From positions 1 to 64,000 of the forward strand of contig CAJNYD010000096.1 in the NCBI GenBank assembly GCA_905331295.1: a stretch of DNA of 64,000 bases, in the 5' to 3' direction. Below, piece after piece: positions 25,352-39,705 of the stretch. This stretch comes from Rotaria socialis. Its lineage: Eukaryota. The notes under the pieces are model-generated. The model did no database searches, was not told the origin of the DNA, and worked only from the letters and a program-made list of their open reading frames with translations. How positions within the stretch are numbered: the stretch's first letter is position 1; the number at the start of each line of letters is the position of its first letter. The position numbers and the translations under genes are program-made.

Positions 25352-28300
25352 TTAATTTTGTTTGTATTTTTTTGCACAATGAACATGAACTTGAATTCCA
25401 TCTTGATAAACAACACATGATGTTTCATAAAATTGTTGTAAACAATGTTTACATTGACGTTGTTCATTAATCATTGTGTTTGAACGTTTCAATTGACTTA
25501 ATTTTATATTTAACTGTTCATTTTGTACACGTATTAAAGAGGATTCTAGTTTTGCTGCTCGTTGAGTATAAGAATAAGTACGTAAAGCTCGTAGAAGAAT
25601 TTGAGATAACGATGCTAAAGACCAATGAGATGGTAGACGTTGTAGAACTTCAATAAAATCAAATTCAATTTCATTATTGCAAAGAAGACGAAGTAGTGCT
25701 GCTTTTATTTCATTTGGATATCTAAATATTTCATTGTTATAGACATGAAAAATCATGGATATATCCAAGTTTACTTTTCTAACGAATTGAGAAAGACTTT
25801 AAATAGAACATGAGCAACAATTTTCCGATCAGCACTCGATTTTCCATGTGATAAAGCTATACAATAATTTTCTGCATATTCCAAATCTTGCAGTTCATCG
25901 ACGAGTATTCGAAAAGCTTGTTCGAAATTATTCATCTAGAAAATTTTCAAATTAGAAGAACAAAAATCGATAGTTAGAAAATTATACTTTGCCATAGAGA
26001 AGAGCAACTTCACGTTTCAATCGATTTGTTTGATTAACTCGATGTAGAACAGTTTGAACACGATAGGAATTTGATGTGATTATGAATGCTTGAAGTTTAG
26101 AACTAAAATTTCACGGAACAAGTCAAGAAAAATTTCAGAAAAAAAATCATAATCAAACCGTGTTTCTTCATTATCTGATTTTGATAAAATTTGATCGAGA
26201 TAGATATTAACTAACATTGTATGAATTTCATCGGTCTAAAAATTCAGTAGTATGGTTCTAACCTATCCATACGGCCGTTTTCGAAACTTACTTGAAGTTG
26301 AAGTTTAAAAACAGCATATTCCAGGTAAGTTACTAATGCTGTTTGATGCGTTTTTATCAGATTAATAACTCGTTGAGAAGAGAATGGATCATTGTTCGAT
26401 TCCGTTCGATGTTTATTAGTGAAAATCTAGCAAAATAATCGAAGTTTTATGTTTCTTTCTAAATTCGATAAAGAAGATATTCTATTACTTTTAATGCTAA
26501 TTCTTCTTCGTTTCGTTCTAGGAACCAGGCAGCAGTAGAGAATTCTAATGATCGATCAATATTTCGTTCAAGTATATATTTCGCAAGAATCCGCACACCA
26601 GGAAATGTATCATCATTCGAATATTCATTTGATACAAGTCTACGCTAAATAGAAAGATCATTAGATAGATAGATATAAATACAAAGAAAAAACATTTCTA
26701 TCTTTATTAAGCATTACTTTTTCCATATATCAATAGCTTGTTGATGTTTTTCATGTGAAGAATAGAGTATGGCTGCAGCATTATAATGTTGTGCATCTAT
26801 AAGAATTTTACAATAATCCATTGGAACATAAGAAGCATTGGTTTGAATGAATTCAATGATCATTTCAGGAGTTTTCACGAGTAAATAGGCTTTTAATAGT
26901 ACTGGATAATAGTCCTATAAACATGCAAATGATGGCAATCTTCTTCTTCTTCTTTCCGATTAGTAAATAATCTGTATCATTTTCTTACCGGCTGATGAGA
27001 AAACTCAGCTGATTTTCTTGTCATATAATCACCGAGTGCATTCAACCATTGAACATATTGACTTTTATTATTTTCATCTATATTCGACCATGAAGAATTT
27101 ATTGGTAAAAAATTTGGTATTTGTGTCAGAATCTAAATCATATGAAAATAGGCATTTTTACAAAATAAATAAATTTTTTCTTTCTCACTTCATGAAAATC
27201 TATATGAATATCATCGAATAAACATAATGCACGAACAACATTCATTGCACTAAATTCAATAAATGCAATACGCTTTTTAGTTGATAGAACCAATCGATTT
27301 GTGCTACGTTGTTTAATCGATGAACAAGTACTTTCGGCTAATGTTAATGCTTCTTGTAAACGGTAACTATTCAATAATTGTTCAATTTGTTCTTCAATAC
27401 TAAGTGGAACAAGTAAATAAATATTATCTTTATTCGTAACTATGATATTTTTAATATTTTCTTGTTGCATAGTTAATAATGTTCGGCAAAATTTCAAAGG
27501 TATCTCCTGTTTAAGTTGATCGTCTAAATAACTAAAATAAAATTCATAGAATTTATAAATTCATCTAACCATATTAAATACCTGTATATATGAATATAAT
27601 CCCTGACGAGAACAATTAAATATGGATGTGAATAAATAAAATCTATCGGCGAACTGACAAACATAATTGGAGGACGTTGACTCATGCCTTGCAAAGATGT
27701 AGTAACGCCAACATTGGGACCATTAAGTAAATATTGGCCCTAAAAATTTCATATAACAATTAATTGAATACACACGACAAATATATCTACCGGAGAAATA
27801 TTAGTAAAACAAACTGCTGTATTCGGATCATCTAATTTAAATATACTATTAAAAGATCCTGTTGATCGACGATCATTACTATTGGATGGATCATAAGAAA
27901 AATATTCTGTTTCAGAACATCCTATAATACCACAACTATCCATTGCCTTGACGAAAAAGAAAATAGAACTGAAGAAAATCGAAAGACTCAAGCATACTAT
28001 TGATGTAAACGAATCTTGAACTGATAGTTCGTAACCAAAATTCATATTTAATTTGTCTAGTCGATAGATTTGTATTTTATTTCGTTTTGTTGATACACAT
28101 ATCTAAATTCATAAAAGAAACAACCTTTTATTTTCAAGAGAGAGTGATTCTATAAGTTTTCCTTACATCAACATATCCTCCTTGACATTGATCAGTCGCA
28201 TTAGATACACCAAATGTTAGAACATTTTTTATTTTTAAATTAGGAATTGGCTAAATCAAAAGATAAAAAGTTCCATGGAAATCTATGAATTGCTATTTCT

Positions 28301-31300
28301 CACTTGTAAATTATCACTATCAAGTATTTGAATTAAATTATCACTCAATGTAAATACACGATGAAGAGGTATTCTCACAACTTTTATTTTTACTATTGAT
28401 TTACGCTACAAAGAAAAAGTAGAAAATTAATTTTTTCTTAGCATTCATTTACTGTTCCAAGATTTTGACTTCCGATGCAAAGACATTCATATCCTTTTGT
28501 CTCAGTAGACGCTGATTCATCAGATGCTTTATCCCGTATGCGAAATTTGTGAACAATGCTAAAATAAAAAAAAATAAAAAAAAAAATAGAAGTTACATAA
28601 AATTCTTTCTTTCTATTATTTGATTAACTGTAGCAGGTGTCTCGAATATATATATATATAACTTTGACATAAGTGCCCACTTATCACATTATTCTTCGAC
28701 AGTATCATATTTGATCAGCAAAATCCTCCTCGAGGCTAAATGTACAATAACATTCACTTCAAAACGAGACGATTACAACTGTATATTTTGTCTGCGAAAA
28801 GAGTTTTATTTCTTTATGCAAATAACAACGAGACATCATCAACATTGAGTAAAAGAAAGAAAAAATAATAATCAATTTATAGAACTAAATATAAAACTTC
28901 CTGTGTTAATACAAGAACTGGTTTGTTTTAGTATTGGCTAATATCTTTTTATGTTCATAGATTCAATAAGAGAATAACGACGTAAGTTTCAAGAGAGAGA
29001 GAGAAAAACAAAATGCATTCGACCATGAAATCACCGGATGATGTAGATAGGAATTTTTCCAAATAAATGATCAAGAACTAGCTACGATGAATAGAATGAA
29101 TGTTGTCAGACAGGTTGTTTGCAATTTGGTTGATGAGGAAGTATACCTTGATGAACGAACAGATTCATACGATGAAGCAACGCCACACGCTTGATATTCA
29201 TTTTGTTTCGCTTTTGTATACTGATCTTTAAGTTGTGCGGATAGACATTGAGAATCATCGAGTAATGAACGAAAACAATCGCGTAAACGCGAATATATGT
29301 TACAATCGGTATCTAATTGATCAGCATAGGAGGAATCTTGAATACAATTTTCGAATTTAAATTGGCACAACTGAGAATGAAATTGTTTTAGTCCGGTGAC
29401 AATTTGATATAATTGATTTGACGATTGATGTTGAGATCGAATGCATGTCGACATCGTCAATATGACAATGAATTCAATTAAATTTAAAGTTCGATTGATA
29501 ATCATGTAATATTCAATCAATACCACAACGACGATTGTATTTATATACAGGAAGAAAACCGTAATTTACATTACTATCACTCTGTAGTGCACAGCATGCC
29601 AAGAGAAAACGAGACGAGACAATGATGATGGAGAAGAAGAAATATGATAGAACCTGTTTTCTCTCTCTCTGTTGCCTGTTCTCTCTTTTTTTTCTCTTTT
29701 TCTTTCTTTGTCCTCTGTTCAAGCAATAGAAAAGGGAAACAAAGAGCAAACAAAAAAAAGAAATGTCCACCCCTCCGCTCACTACTGTTAACGAGAGAGA
29801 GAGAGAGAATTTTGCTTGATGTTAACTACTGATTATGATAAATGTATGACCAAAGGCGACCATTACTTTATCAATTCTTCGAATGTATACTGTTTAACAA
29901 GAGAAGAAAAAGGCGGACGCATTATATTACATCACAGCACGGCAGCAGATCCGTTTGGAAAACATCATTTTTACCCCAAATAGAGACTCATGCCAGGCCA
30001 ATTAATCGATCACTATCGTTCTTTTCCTATTCATTCATTGTAATTAACTCTCAGTGACACACATTCATAAAAAAAAAGTTGAGTGTCTTTTGATCTCACT
30101 CTAAATTGTCAGATTATTTCCTGCTCTTATGAACAAGATGTTGACTATTGCATCTTTCATAAAAAATAAGACATATATCTGTGTTCTTTTTCTCTGTGAT
30201 AACCAATAGACATTTCGCATCCAACAAGCAGAATTATGATTTGCATGACAATGTCATTAATATCTTGTATGGATTCTAATTTGATCGTGAATAGCACGAA
30301 AAAGAAGAAAATGAAAGATGGAGAAAAGAAAAACAGTTCTAATCACGGACATCAGGCAATCGTGTGACAGTTCAATTTGTTTCGCTCTCTTTCTTTCCGC
30401 TATTTTTCCAAGGATGCTCCGACATCTTCTATTTGCATTATTTCTTTTCTATTCAAATAATCAAACTGAAGCGTTAAAGCATCTTTTTTCTTCCTTTTTT
30501 TTTGACGAGTATGTCATTGTTTTCAAAGGTGCATTTTTATAAGGCACTCTTGTTGTTCAACATAGAAATTACCGAACTGCACGCCCATTATATTGTATGC
30601 ATGCATAAGTAAAAGAATATAATGATCACAATTAAAACCAGTTAGCCATAATTCTTTTTATTGAATAGTGTACATTCCGATATACTTATATAATCTGTAC
30701 CGATATTCAGCACATGGTGATAGTGCTAAAGTATTCCATACAGACATTGGATCTATTGATCTATTACTGACATGTCTCATCGCCTATCTATCGTATTCCA
30801 TGATCGAAAGGGAATACACGAAGAATCCTATAAGATACCATTCGATGACATCGTCGCAGCATATCCATAATTTATCTTCATAAAAAAAACGAAGAAGAAG
30901 AAGAAGAGCTGACAAGCCGTGCACAAGTGTTAGACTGCCTATTGGATATTTCTCTTTGGAGAAAAAAAGAGGCTTTTCCCCGTAATACACATACACACGA
31001 CGAGTGATTAATACGGGCAAGTATTACAGACGAAGAAAAAACTCATATATGGTACCGTAATTCTTCAGGGACAAACGATTCATTTTCTTTTTTGTTCAAT
31101 GTAAATGCACGCACGTCGATTAACAAAGTCCAAATCGAATGAGAGTATCAAATCCCTTGCGTTATTAAGAATAGGTTTTTCCATAAAAATAAATGAAAAC
31201 CAAGGATAAATAAAAGTTACGTCAATGACAACACAAGCTATTTATCTACAGCCAATAAGTCAATTAACCATGATCTAGTGTTTATACTTATTGAGATATT

Positions 31301-32422
31301 GTATTTGAGCATGATCAACATAGAAAAAATGTGATCTATGTGACCTCGAAATACAATTGAATGCCACTCATTGCTGCTGGGCAAGAAAAGCAAATGAACG
31401 ATAGTGGCATTTAATCGAGTCGACATTTTCTTTCTCTCTCACTTATATGTTCAATAAGGCAATAATAAAAACTTACCCATCAATTGTGCCAATATATAAA
31501 TCATTGGTGCGCATGGCAAATGGGTTCGCTGCTGATGGTGTTGATTCATTATTTGTATCGATACATTCAATCTAATAGTAGAAAATGACTTTAGGCTAAA
31601 TAGAATAATTTCTAGCTCTCAAATTTCATTTTCTATGAGAATAAAAAAACGTTCAATGATTATCTCTGAGCAATTCAAATAGTTAGCTGTGAGAATGCTC
31701 AGCATTTTAAAATAGTGATCACGTACCTCGCCGATTTTACCATACGGTTGCTTATTTCGAGACCAAATATTATTAATGGAAAATATATTAAGTGCCATAT
31801 AGATAAAAAAAAAATGTATCTAGAAAATAGACTGTTTTTAATAGAATGAAAAAACAGGATTTTCATTTTCGTATATAAAACCAATTATTTTATTTCCGTC
31901 GCTTGAGATATCGGATGTCAAACGTAATTCAATTCAATGGCTTGCCTTGTAACATATAAACATGCCGTTGGATACTCGATATTTCAAGCAGAAAACATTC
32001 ATCGTATGTGCTGAACTTTTCAAGATACTCTTGCGACCATGAGACGTTTCTCGGGGCTGAAAATTTGAAAAAAAGAACACATGGATAAAACCTTCTATTT
32101 AGTGACTTTTCTGGGCGGAACTGGCTGTACATGAATTATCGTGAAACGATAACATTATTCATTCCTATTTTCTTTGATTTAGTTTAGCCTGAGTTTTACT
32201 CGATGTTATTTTAGTTAAAAATAGTTCTGCTGTTTACTTAGCGAATAAAATCATTGATTATTTCTTAAAATCTAAATAAATATTTATCTTTTTTTTTGAA
32301 TCTAAAATAGTAAAAAAAAAGAAAATTTTTAAGCGTAACACATGGTTCATATTTTTTCTCATCTTTCATTGGTAATTCAGCGTCCAATCGAAAGATTTCA
32401 CTTGCCTCTTTTTTTTCTTCAT
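25352..32422 (-). CDS. TGFBRAP1: TGF-beta receptor-associated protein 1 / VPS39-Vps3 family (CNH + clathrin repeat + Vps39_2)
   Basis: Many small GT-AG exons. Exon 31571-31477 (IECIDT...DLYIGTIDG) splices in phase to 28558-28453 (IVHKF). Other motifs: LVPLSIEEQIEQLL..RLQEAL.LA, VLQRLPSHWSL, C-terminal CKHCLQQF..VVYQDGIQVHVHC. An upstream exon at ~32422-32340 is tentative and the start codon is unresolved. Confidence 0.8.
29071..29505 (-). CDS. Small Cys-rich secreted, possibly GPI-anchored protein nested in a TGFBRAP1 intron
   Basis: 144-aa intronless ORF: signal-like N-terminus (LNLIEFIVILTMSTC), six-Cys core, Ser/Thr-rich spacer, hydrophobic C-terminus (LTTFILFIVASS). Confidence 0.65.
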   Translation of the reverse strand: MIINRTLNLIEFIVILTMSTCIRSQHQSSNQLYQIVTGLKQFHSQLCQFKFENCIQDSSYADQLDTDCNIYSRLRDCFRSLLDDSQCLSAQLKDQYTKAKQNEYQACGVASSYESVRSSRYTSSSTKLQTTCLTTFILFIVASS

Positions 32423-33569
32423 CTGCATAAATAATTTAACTAGTATACCATTATGACACAAATAGTTACGAATTTAATAATAAAGAAAGTTTTAAAACGA
32501 ATACAAACATTAAAAAATGAATAAATCTAAATTTCATATTCCGCTGATATCTATTTATCATTTTCCGTTCTTAACGTCTGTGACGTCATTCGCTAGAAAT
32601 TCTAGTACGTGTATTATGCGCACTCTGCTTTTCGCCTAAAGATTCCTTATCGTCGATATATCTGTGTTTGAATATGCTACAGTAAATAAAATAATTATAT
32701 TAATACGGACAAAAATTAATTTTTATTAATATATACAGTTGCATGTTCTGGACACTTATCTTAATTGGAAAATTGACAGTCAATATGTGTGATAGTACAG
32801 TGACGAAATGCCCTTTTCTTTTCATCATCACGAGACATGATTGCTCAAGTTTTTCTCTGAAGATGAAATCCAAATAAAAATAGGATATAAATGAAGTATT
32901 TTTAGTTATTTAAAGGTCTTTTACGTAAAAAAGAGATTTTGTTTACCTTAGATCATAGAAAAAACTTTTCGCGATTCTTACACTTTTTTACGAATACCAC
33001 TCAAACTTCGTAAGTTTTATCCATTAAATTTAGTCTTAAAATCACTTAGTCTCATTTGCCGAATGAAATCCACATTAGAACGTATTTCATCAAACATTTG
33101 ACTTTGACACGTTGTCATATTGTTTAGTATTTTTCTTTCGTTTTAAAAATAATTTCCTCCGATCTTGCCGAAATTTTAAACTTTTTTAACTAAACAGACA
33201 GACGATTCACATTTTCTCCACCGAAATTAGTTCGCAAGGACGAAAATAGAAAAAGTTTCTTTTTAATTTCTTTTTGCATATTGTGAACAGATGTTATTCG
33301 GTACTTATTATTTCTTTGTTTTTTCGATCGCTCTCGGTTTCTCGTTTTTTTATTTATTACCATTATGTCGTCCTTTCACAGTCGTTTTATTGAATAAAGA
33401 GAAAAACAATCTTTTTTTAACTGAATGAACATAAACATTTTTGTGGGTTTTTTTTAATAGAGTATTTTATTTTTCTTCGCTTTTTCGGAATATTTTATTA
33501 AAAGAACATCGAGGTTGCATTTGTTTTCTTGTATTATTTATTCAATTTGTTGTAGGTACTTATTTGACC

Positions 33570-36500
33570 ATGGATGTACTAACCGATGATAACTTTTTAC
33601 GCGAAAATGGTTTAACTAAGACAGTTGGTATGAATTCGGGCGCAACATCAAATGTAAATGATATCGATGATGCACCTGATTATAATGAAGAATTCCCACA
33701 TTTGAAATCTGCGAATTCATTGGACTTGACTCGTTCGAATACATTTTTTTCGTCGTCATCATTTGCATCATCACTAAATGGATCTTTAGGTAATACAACA
33801 GCAGCATTATATACTTCGTCGAGAATCGATGAGGATCGACGACGGCAAATAGCCATTCATGAAAAATCAGCTACAACTAAAATCGTAAGCTATTTCAGTT
33901 TTGAACAAGACAAGAAAAAACAACGATGAGATGTGTTTCTTCTATAGATTGAAATTCCTCCGGAAGAGCGTATTACGGATAATCCTCGACGTGGTGGTGG
34001 TAATCAGTCAACACGTAATGGCATTGGTAGTAATCTATCGGTTAATAATGGACCACCATTACAAAAACTGTGTATCAGAATTCAAAAAGAAACATGTAAA
34101 ATCTCATTCTTTTTATTGTTTTCATATGAACGAATTCAATTTTTTATTTAGCTACCAACATAACATTTTTTCATAAAGATGAAACATTAATAGTCACTAT
34201 AACCGGTCGACCCGAACAAGTTCGCTCAGCACAAGTACAAATTCTTCGCGAACTGCAAAAACCAGTTAAAATTGCAGTTAATATTCCATTAGATTTTCAT
34301 CGTTTTATTATTGGTCCACGAGGTGCAACATTAAAACATTTAGAACAAGAAACATTAACGCGTATTGCTGTACCACGACAAGAAAGTCAATCGGATGGAA
34401 TAGTTATTTCAGGTGCTAAAGATAATGTTAAATTATGTGAACAAAAAATTCTCGAATTATATCATATACAAGAAAATAAAGGTTATGAACGTCTATCAAT
34501 ACCATATTTATATCATCCATGGATTCGTCATCAGCTTGTCGAAGAATTACGTCGTCAATTGAATGTTACTATTGATTTACCACCGCTAATTAAACAAACT
34601 GATGAAATATCTATACGTGGTGAACGTGAACCCGTGGAAAAGGCGAAAACAACAATTATGCAATTTTTTCAAAGTTTGGTAAGGAAATTTCATTGAGAGT
34701 TTTTAACCTAAAACCAAAATCATCTGCTGTCGCGAGAGATTTGATTTGAATTATAGCACGAATTGCTTGTGGGACAGTATTGAGACTGCATGTAAAAACT
34801 GTTGCAAAAATACTTCTTTCTATTAGTTTGAAAATACAGCGAAGACTGTAGAATGCATAAATATGTTTAAGAAATTAATTAAAATCTCGCAGGAAACTTG
34901 AAAAATGTGAAGCACCATGCGTACAATTAAAGTAAATATTCGATCTGTAGGAGAACATGTTATGAGTATGTCTAAGGAATTTTTTAAAATGAATTCGTAG
35001 GTTTGACGTAGTCAAAACTTTGTTTATCGACACGGCTTTGAAAATATTGAGTTTATACTTTTTTTTTATTGCAGGAAGGAAAAATCATGACATTTCCACT
35101 TGAAATACCATGTGAACAACATCGTTTTATATTAGGAAAAAAAGGTGCCGGTTTAAAAGAAATCTTCGATAAAACCAATGTTGTTGTTCGCATTCCAAAT
35201 CAAGAAGAAAATTTGCCAATTATTCAAGTTATTGGTGAAACATCAAGAATCGGTGAAGCAATTACCATGATTTATAAAATGGTAAATTGACTTTTACCTT
35301 AGGAAGCCCTAGATAAATTTGATTTATTTTAAAAGGCCAATGCTTTAACTGCGGTTCGAATCAATGCGCCACATTGGATGCATAGTGTCGTCAAAGGTGA
35401 ACGTAGTGGCAATCTTGACATAATTAAAAAATCTCATCCAGATGTTCGCATCTTTTTTCGTGATGATCATATTGCTGTCGAAGGTCCGCCAGAAGAAGTT
35501 GAACTAGTTCGTGGTCAAATTCAAACGGTTATTGATGATTTACGAAACAATAATACGACATACTTAGAAATGGACATCGACCCAAATTATTATAAACAAT
35601 TAATAGGAAAAAATCAAATACGTCTAACGGAAATGCAAGAACAAACAGGATGCGATATTAAATTTCCTTTTGATGAAAGTCGTGTTGTTAAATTAATGGG
35701 TACGAAAGAAAGTGTTGATAAAGCGCGACAAGTCCTACTGGAACGAGTACAAAAATTGGTAAGAATTTTCTTTTCACCATTTGATTTTACAGTTTTTGTT
35801 TTCCATCTAGTCCAATGAACGTACAACTGGTGTGAGCATTGATCCTCAATATTATCCGCAAATCATAGGTGCCAAAGGTAAAAAATTAGAAGAAGTTCGT
35901 TCAAAATTTCACAATATACAAATAACATTTCCCGAAGCCAATGGCAAAAGCGATAAAGTTATTTTACATGGTGACAAAGATGATGTTGAAAAATGCTCAA
36001 AATTTTTACAACAAAAAATCAAAGATCTCTATTCAACGGAAATCGAACTATCGAAACGTTTCTATCCATTGTTAATAGGAAAAAGTGGTGCAAATATTCA
36101 ACGTTTACGTGAACAAATGCCTGATGTTCGTATTGATGTTCCGGCTGTAGATGATAGCGAAGAATTTCTTCACATTCGTTTGAGTGGTAAACGCATTGAT
36201 GTTGATAAAGGACGAAAAATCCTCGATGAACATTTAAATCAATTAAGAGTCTCATTAGAAAATTCCATTGAACAACACATAACCATAGATCCAAAATGGC
36301 ATAATCGATTTTTTATGAATAAACGTAAATTATTAAATAATTTACAAAAAAAATCTGGCGATGCGTTAATTAAGTTTCCTGAACGTAATATCAATAGCGA
36401 TCAAATCTTATTACGTGGTACAAAACAAGCCGTCGAACAAGTAAGAAAATGTTTAGAAGAATTAATTGACACTTGGGAAAATACGACAACTAAAGAAATA

Positions 36501-37971
36501 TCAATTCCACATCGTCATCATGGCTATTTACTTGCGCAAGGTGGCTTCTATATTCAACCAATACAAAAACAATTTAACGTTCAAATTAAATTTCCACCAC
36601 GTAATAACGAACAAGATTCACCGAACGATGATATTGTTCGTATTATTGGTCGTACGGATGACATTGAACAAGCTGTAGTTGCCCTAGAAAAAATGATACC
36701 AATTGAAACAACAGTTGATATTACATTTGAAGCTCATGGTCATTTACGTGGTACAGGTGGTAGTCAAATACAAACATTAGTAGAAAAATATCCGGATGTA
36801 AAAATAACATTTCCATCATCGAATTCATCATCGAATAATATACATTTGAAAGGTCAAGCCGAACAAGTTGAAGGGTTTAAAAAAGAATTACTCGAACGCT
36901 ATGAAAAATATCTTGCTGACAAACAAGCACGATCATTTGAAACACGATTTACAATTAAATCGGAATTTCGCTCGATAATTATTGGCAATCGTCGACGTAG
37001 AATTAATGATTTAAAACAAAAATACGATGTTAATATACAAATCTTAAATAATCAAGTACCACCATCAGCTGTTGTACCAGTACCAGTACCACCGCCAATG
37101 ACGAATGGTGAACAACAACATGATGATCAACAAGCAATACCAGTTGATAATCCGTCGTTAACAACCGAATCAACATCTAGTGAAGTTGAAGTTTTAATAA
37201 GGGGCTATGAAGATAAAGCATTAAAATGTCGAGATGAAATACTGAAATTAATAGGAGATTTTCAATCAACGATAACAATGGAAATGGATATTGACCATCG
37301 TGTGCATGCACGTATTATTGGTACAGGTGGACAAAAATTACAGCAGATTGTAAAAGAATATAATGTTGATATAAAATTTCCAAGTGATAATAGGAGTAAT
37401 AAAGTACATGTTATTGGTACAAATCAGGAGAATATCGATGCTTGTATTGATCATTTATCGATCTTAGAAGAAGATTTTCTTGAAGATTTACCATACAAAA
37501 ATAAAACACAAAATGATACACGACCAGGACGGCAGTCATCAAATGTTCAACAACGACAGCAAGAAGTGCCATCGGCGAACAATTCAAATACGAATAAGTC
37601 AACAAAAAATAATGATAAACAAACTGCCTTTAAAGTTAAAAATGCACCATGGGCAGCATCAGAACACAATGGATATGAAGATCAACAGGAAACTGTTGTC
37701 AAGGAACGTAGAAATTCATCGAGAAAAGGACATCGTACGCCAAATAAAGATGATTTAGGTAAGCAATTCTTTTATATCAGTTATTGTTACGATTGATTTA
37801 TAATTCGAGATTTTCATAATGGTCATTTATATTGAAATTTTCTATTTAGGTGAATTTCCGTCGTTTGCCAACGGTGTAACATTATCGACTGATGAAAATT
37901 CATCAAAAATACACGAAACAACAGTGAATTCAATACCAATCATTTGGGGTCCTCAAAAACGAAATAAATAA
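33570..37971 (+). CDS. HDLBP: Vigilin (multi-KH RNA-binding protein), ~1229 aa
   Basis: Exons 33570-33884, 33948-34095, 34152-34678, 35075-35281, 35336-35758, 35811-37758, 37850-37971, all phase-consistent. N-terminal DYNEEFPHL and IPPEER, many KH GxxG motifs, IDHRVHARIIG, C-terminal APW...EFPSF..WGP. Confidence 0.93.
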
Positions 37972-38958
37972 GAAGAAAATATTGAAAAGTGTCTTGTCTT
38001 ACATGTCACGTGGAATAACTGTGATTTCCCTTCTTCCTTTTTCTCTTTTTTTTTGCATTATTTATGTAACCGTCTGTTTTTGTTTGCTCAACTTGCCTGC
38101 CTTTAACACATTGTTTATCTGCTAAATATTTCATCTTCTTAATTATTATTGGGGTTTGTTGTGAGTTACATATTTATTAGAACGTATGATGAAATTATGA
38201 GTGAAACGCACAGTATAAGGATGAGCTTTCGGTAATCATTATGCAATATTCTTAATTTTCTTCTCTTCTGATTATGTGTATATACCATATGTTGGTTAAA
38301 CGATATTGTCTTGTCTTCTTCTTCTTCTTTTCTGCATTGATCACGAACTATTAGTTTAAAACTTGTCGATGTCCTATACCGTGTCTTGTTAAACATTTCT
38401 TGTATGCGCATGAACTTGGTTATTTTGTTTTGTTTGATGGGGGAGTTTTTGTTTTATTTTTAAACAAACCATTTATCATATTTAATGGCGTGTTTAGTGG
38501 AAAAAAACGTGAGAATGATCATATGGGCATGTCAAGGTGTTCAATTGATTATTATATTTCTTTTATTATCTTCGTTTCATTTTTTTTTCTTTTAAAACAG
38601 GATCATTATTATATAGGTCTATTAAACCATGATATTGTTCTGAAATTATTGTTTTTTTTTCGTTTTGCAGCTTTCTGCGCTTGCTCTTTTATTTCGTTGA
38701 TTGTTTTCTTCATTAAAAAAGACATATAAATGGTTATTGAGAAAATATCAGAATTATTCAAACAAAAAAAGCTTTGATCATCAAGGTTGGGATTAGTTTA
38801 AATTAGAATTAATGCTGTTTATTGATCTGATTTGTTAAGTCTTACAGTTTAACACTTTCTCGATGCAAATCTGTATTCCGCTATAGACAAACAAATGAAA
38901 GAATAGATTTTCCTAGTCTCAGTTTTATTCGCTGTTCACGAGTACGACAAAATTTCAA

Positions 38959-39705
38959 TCATGACCAAATGTCTAAATAAGGATAATTGTTGATCGAATT
39001 CTCTCCCATGACTTTATTTCTGGTATTTGCTTGTAACTTTAAATGAATATCGGTATCTTCTTCCATTTCAATGTTCTGCATTTTGTTTTGTCGTGAAATT
39101 TCTTCTATGTTAGAAATGATACTTTTAGTTTCTTTCGATCCTTTCTCCTGTTCTTCACGAAGAATTCTAGATTTTGCAGTTTCAACTTCTCGATTGAGAA
39201 GCTCAAGCTTTTCTTGAAACACATAGTTCATGTCTCTTTCGTACTTTTGTAATTTCTCATGAAGCCTACTCAATTCGATTGATTTCCATTGATCGAGTTC
39301 GATGATATATTTCTGTAACCATTCACGATATTGTCGTTCGTATCCGGATTGTATTTCTTGTGTATAATCTAATAGTCGATCTTGTTCATCTTCTAAATCC
39401 TCGATAATCAGTCCAAGTACACGTTCGGCTTCTTTGGATACTTGTTCGAGTCGCTGTTGAATACTTTCATTGAACAGCACGTGAGCCACATTCAACTTAT
39501 CCGGTAATCTAACTGTTTCGACCCCGGTAGAGATACCAGTCTGTAGATTCATTTTAGCTTTCATTGTCATTTGAACACGTACTAGATCGGAAATATTAGA
39601 TCCAATTTTCTCCGGGTTAGATTCGAAATTCTTTCTTTTCTGTCGATTAGGTAATTTCATTGAGGTTACTCTTGTTGATCGTAGATCTTTTGGTACATGC
39701 TGCAA
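38959..39705 (-). CDS. Uncharacterised helical/coiled-coil protein
   Basis: 248-codon E/Q/K-rich frame (QYREWLQKYIIELDQWKSIELSRLHEKL). A splice acceptor lies at ~39700 and an upstream exon may lie at 40102-40006, but its phase is unresolved. Confidence 0.6.
   Translation of the reverse strand: MQHVPKDLRSTRVTSMKLPNRQKRKNFESNPEKIGSNISDLVRVQMTMKAKMNLQTGISTGVETVRLPDKLNVAHVLFNESIQQRLEQVSKEAERVLGLIIEDLEDEQDRLLDYTQEIQSGYERQYREWLQKYIIELDQWKSIELSRLHEKLQKYERDMNYVFQEKLELLNREVETAKSRILREEQEKGSKETKSIISNIEEISRQNKMQNIEMEEDTDIHLKLQANTRNKVMGENSINNYPYLDIWS

Noticed and set aside
31690..32160. Additional transposon relic in a TGFBRAP1 intron
   Set aside because: The texture is TE-like, but no TIR pair or TSD could be defined by eye.
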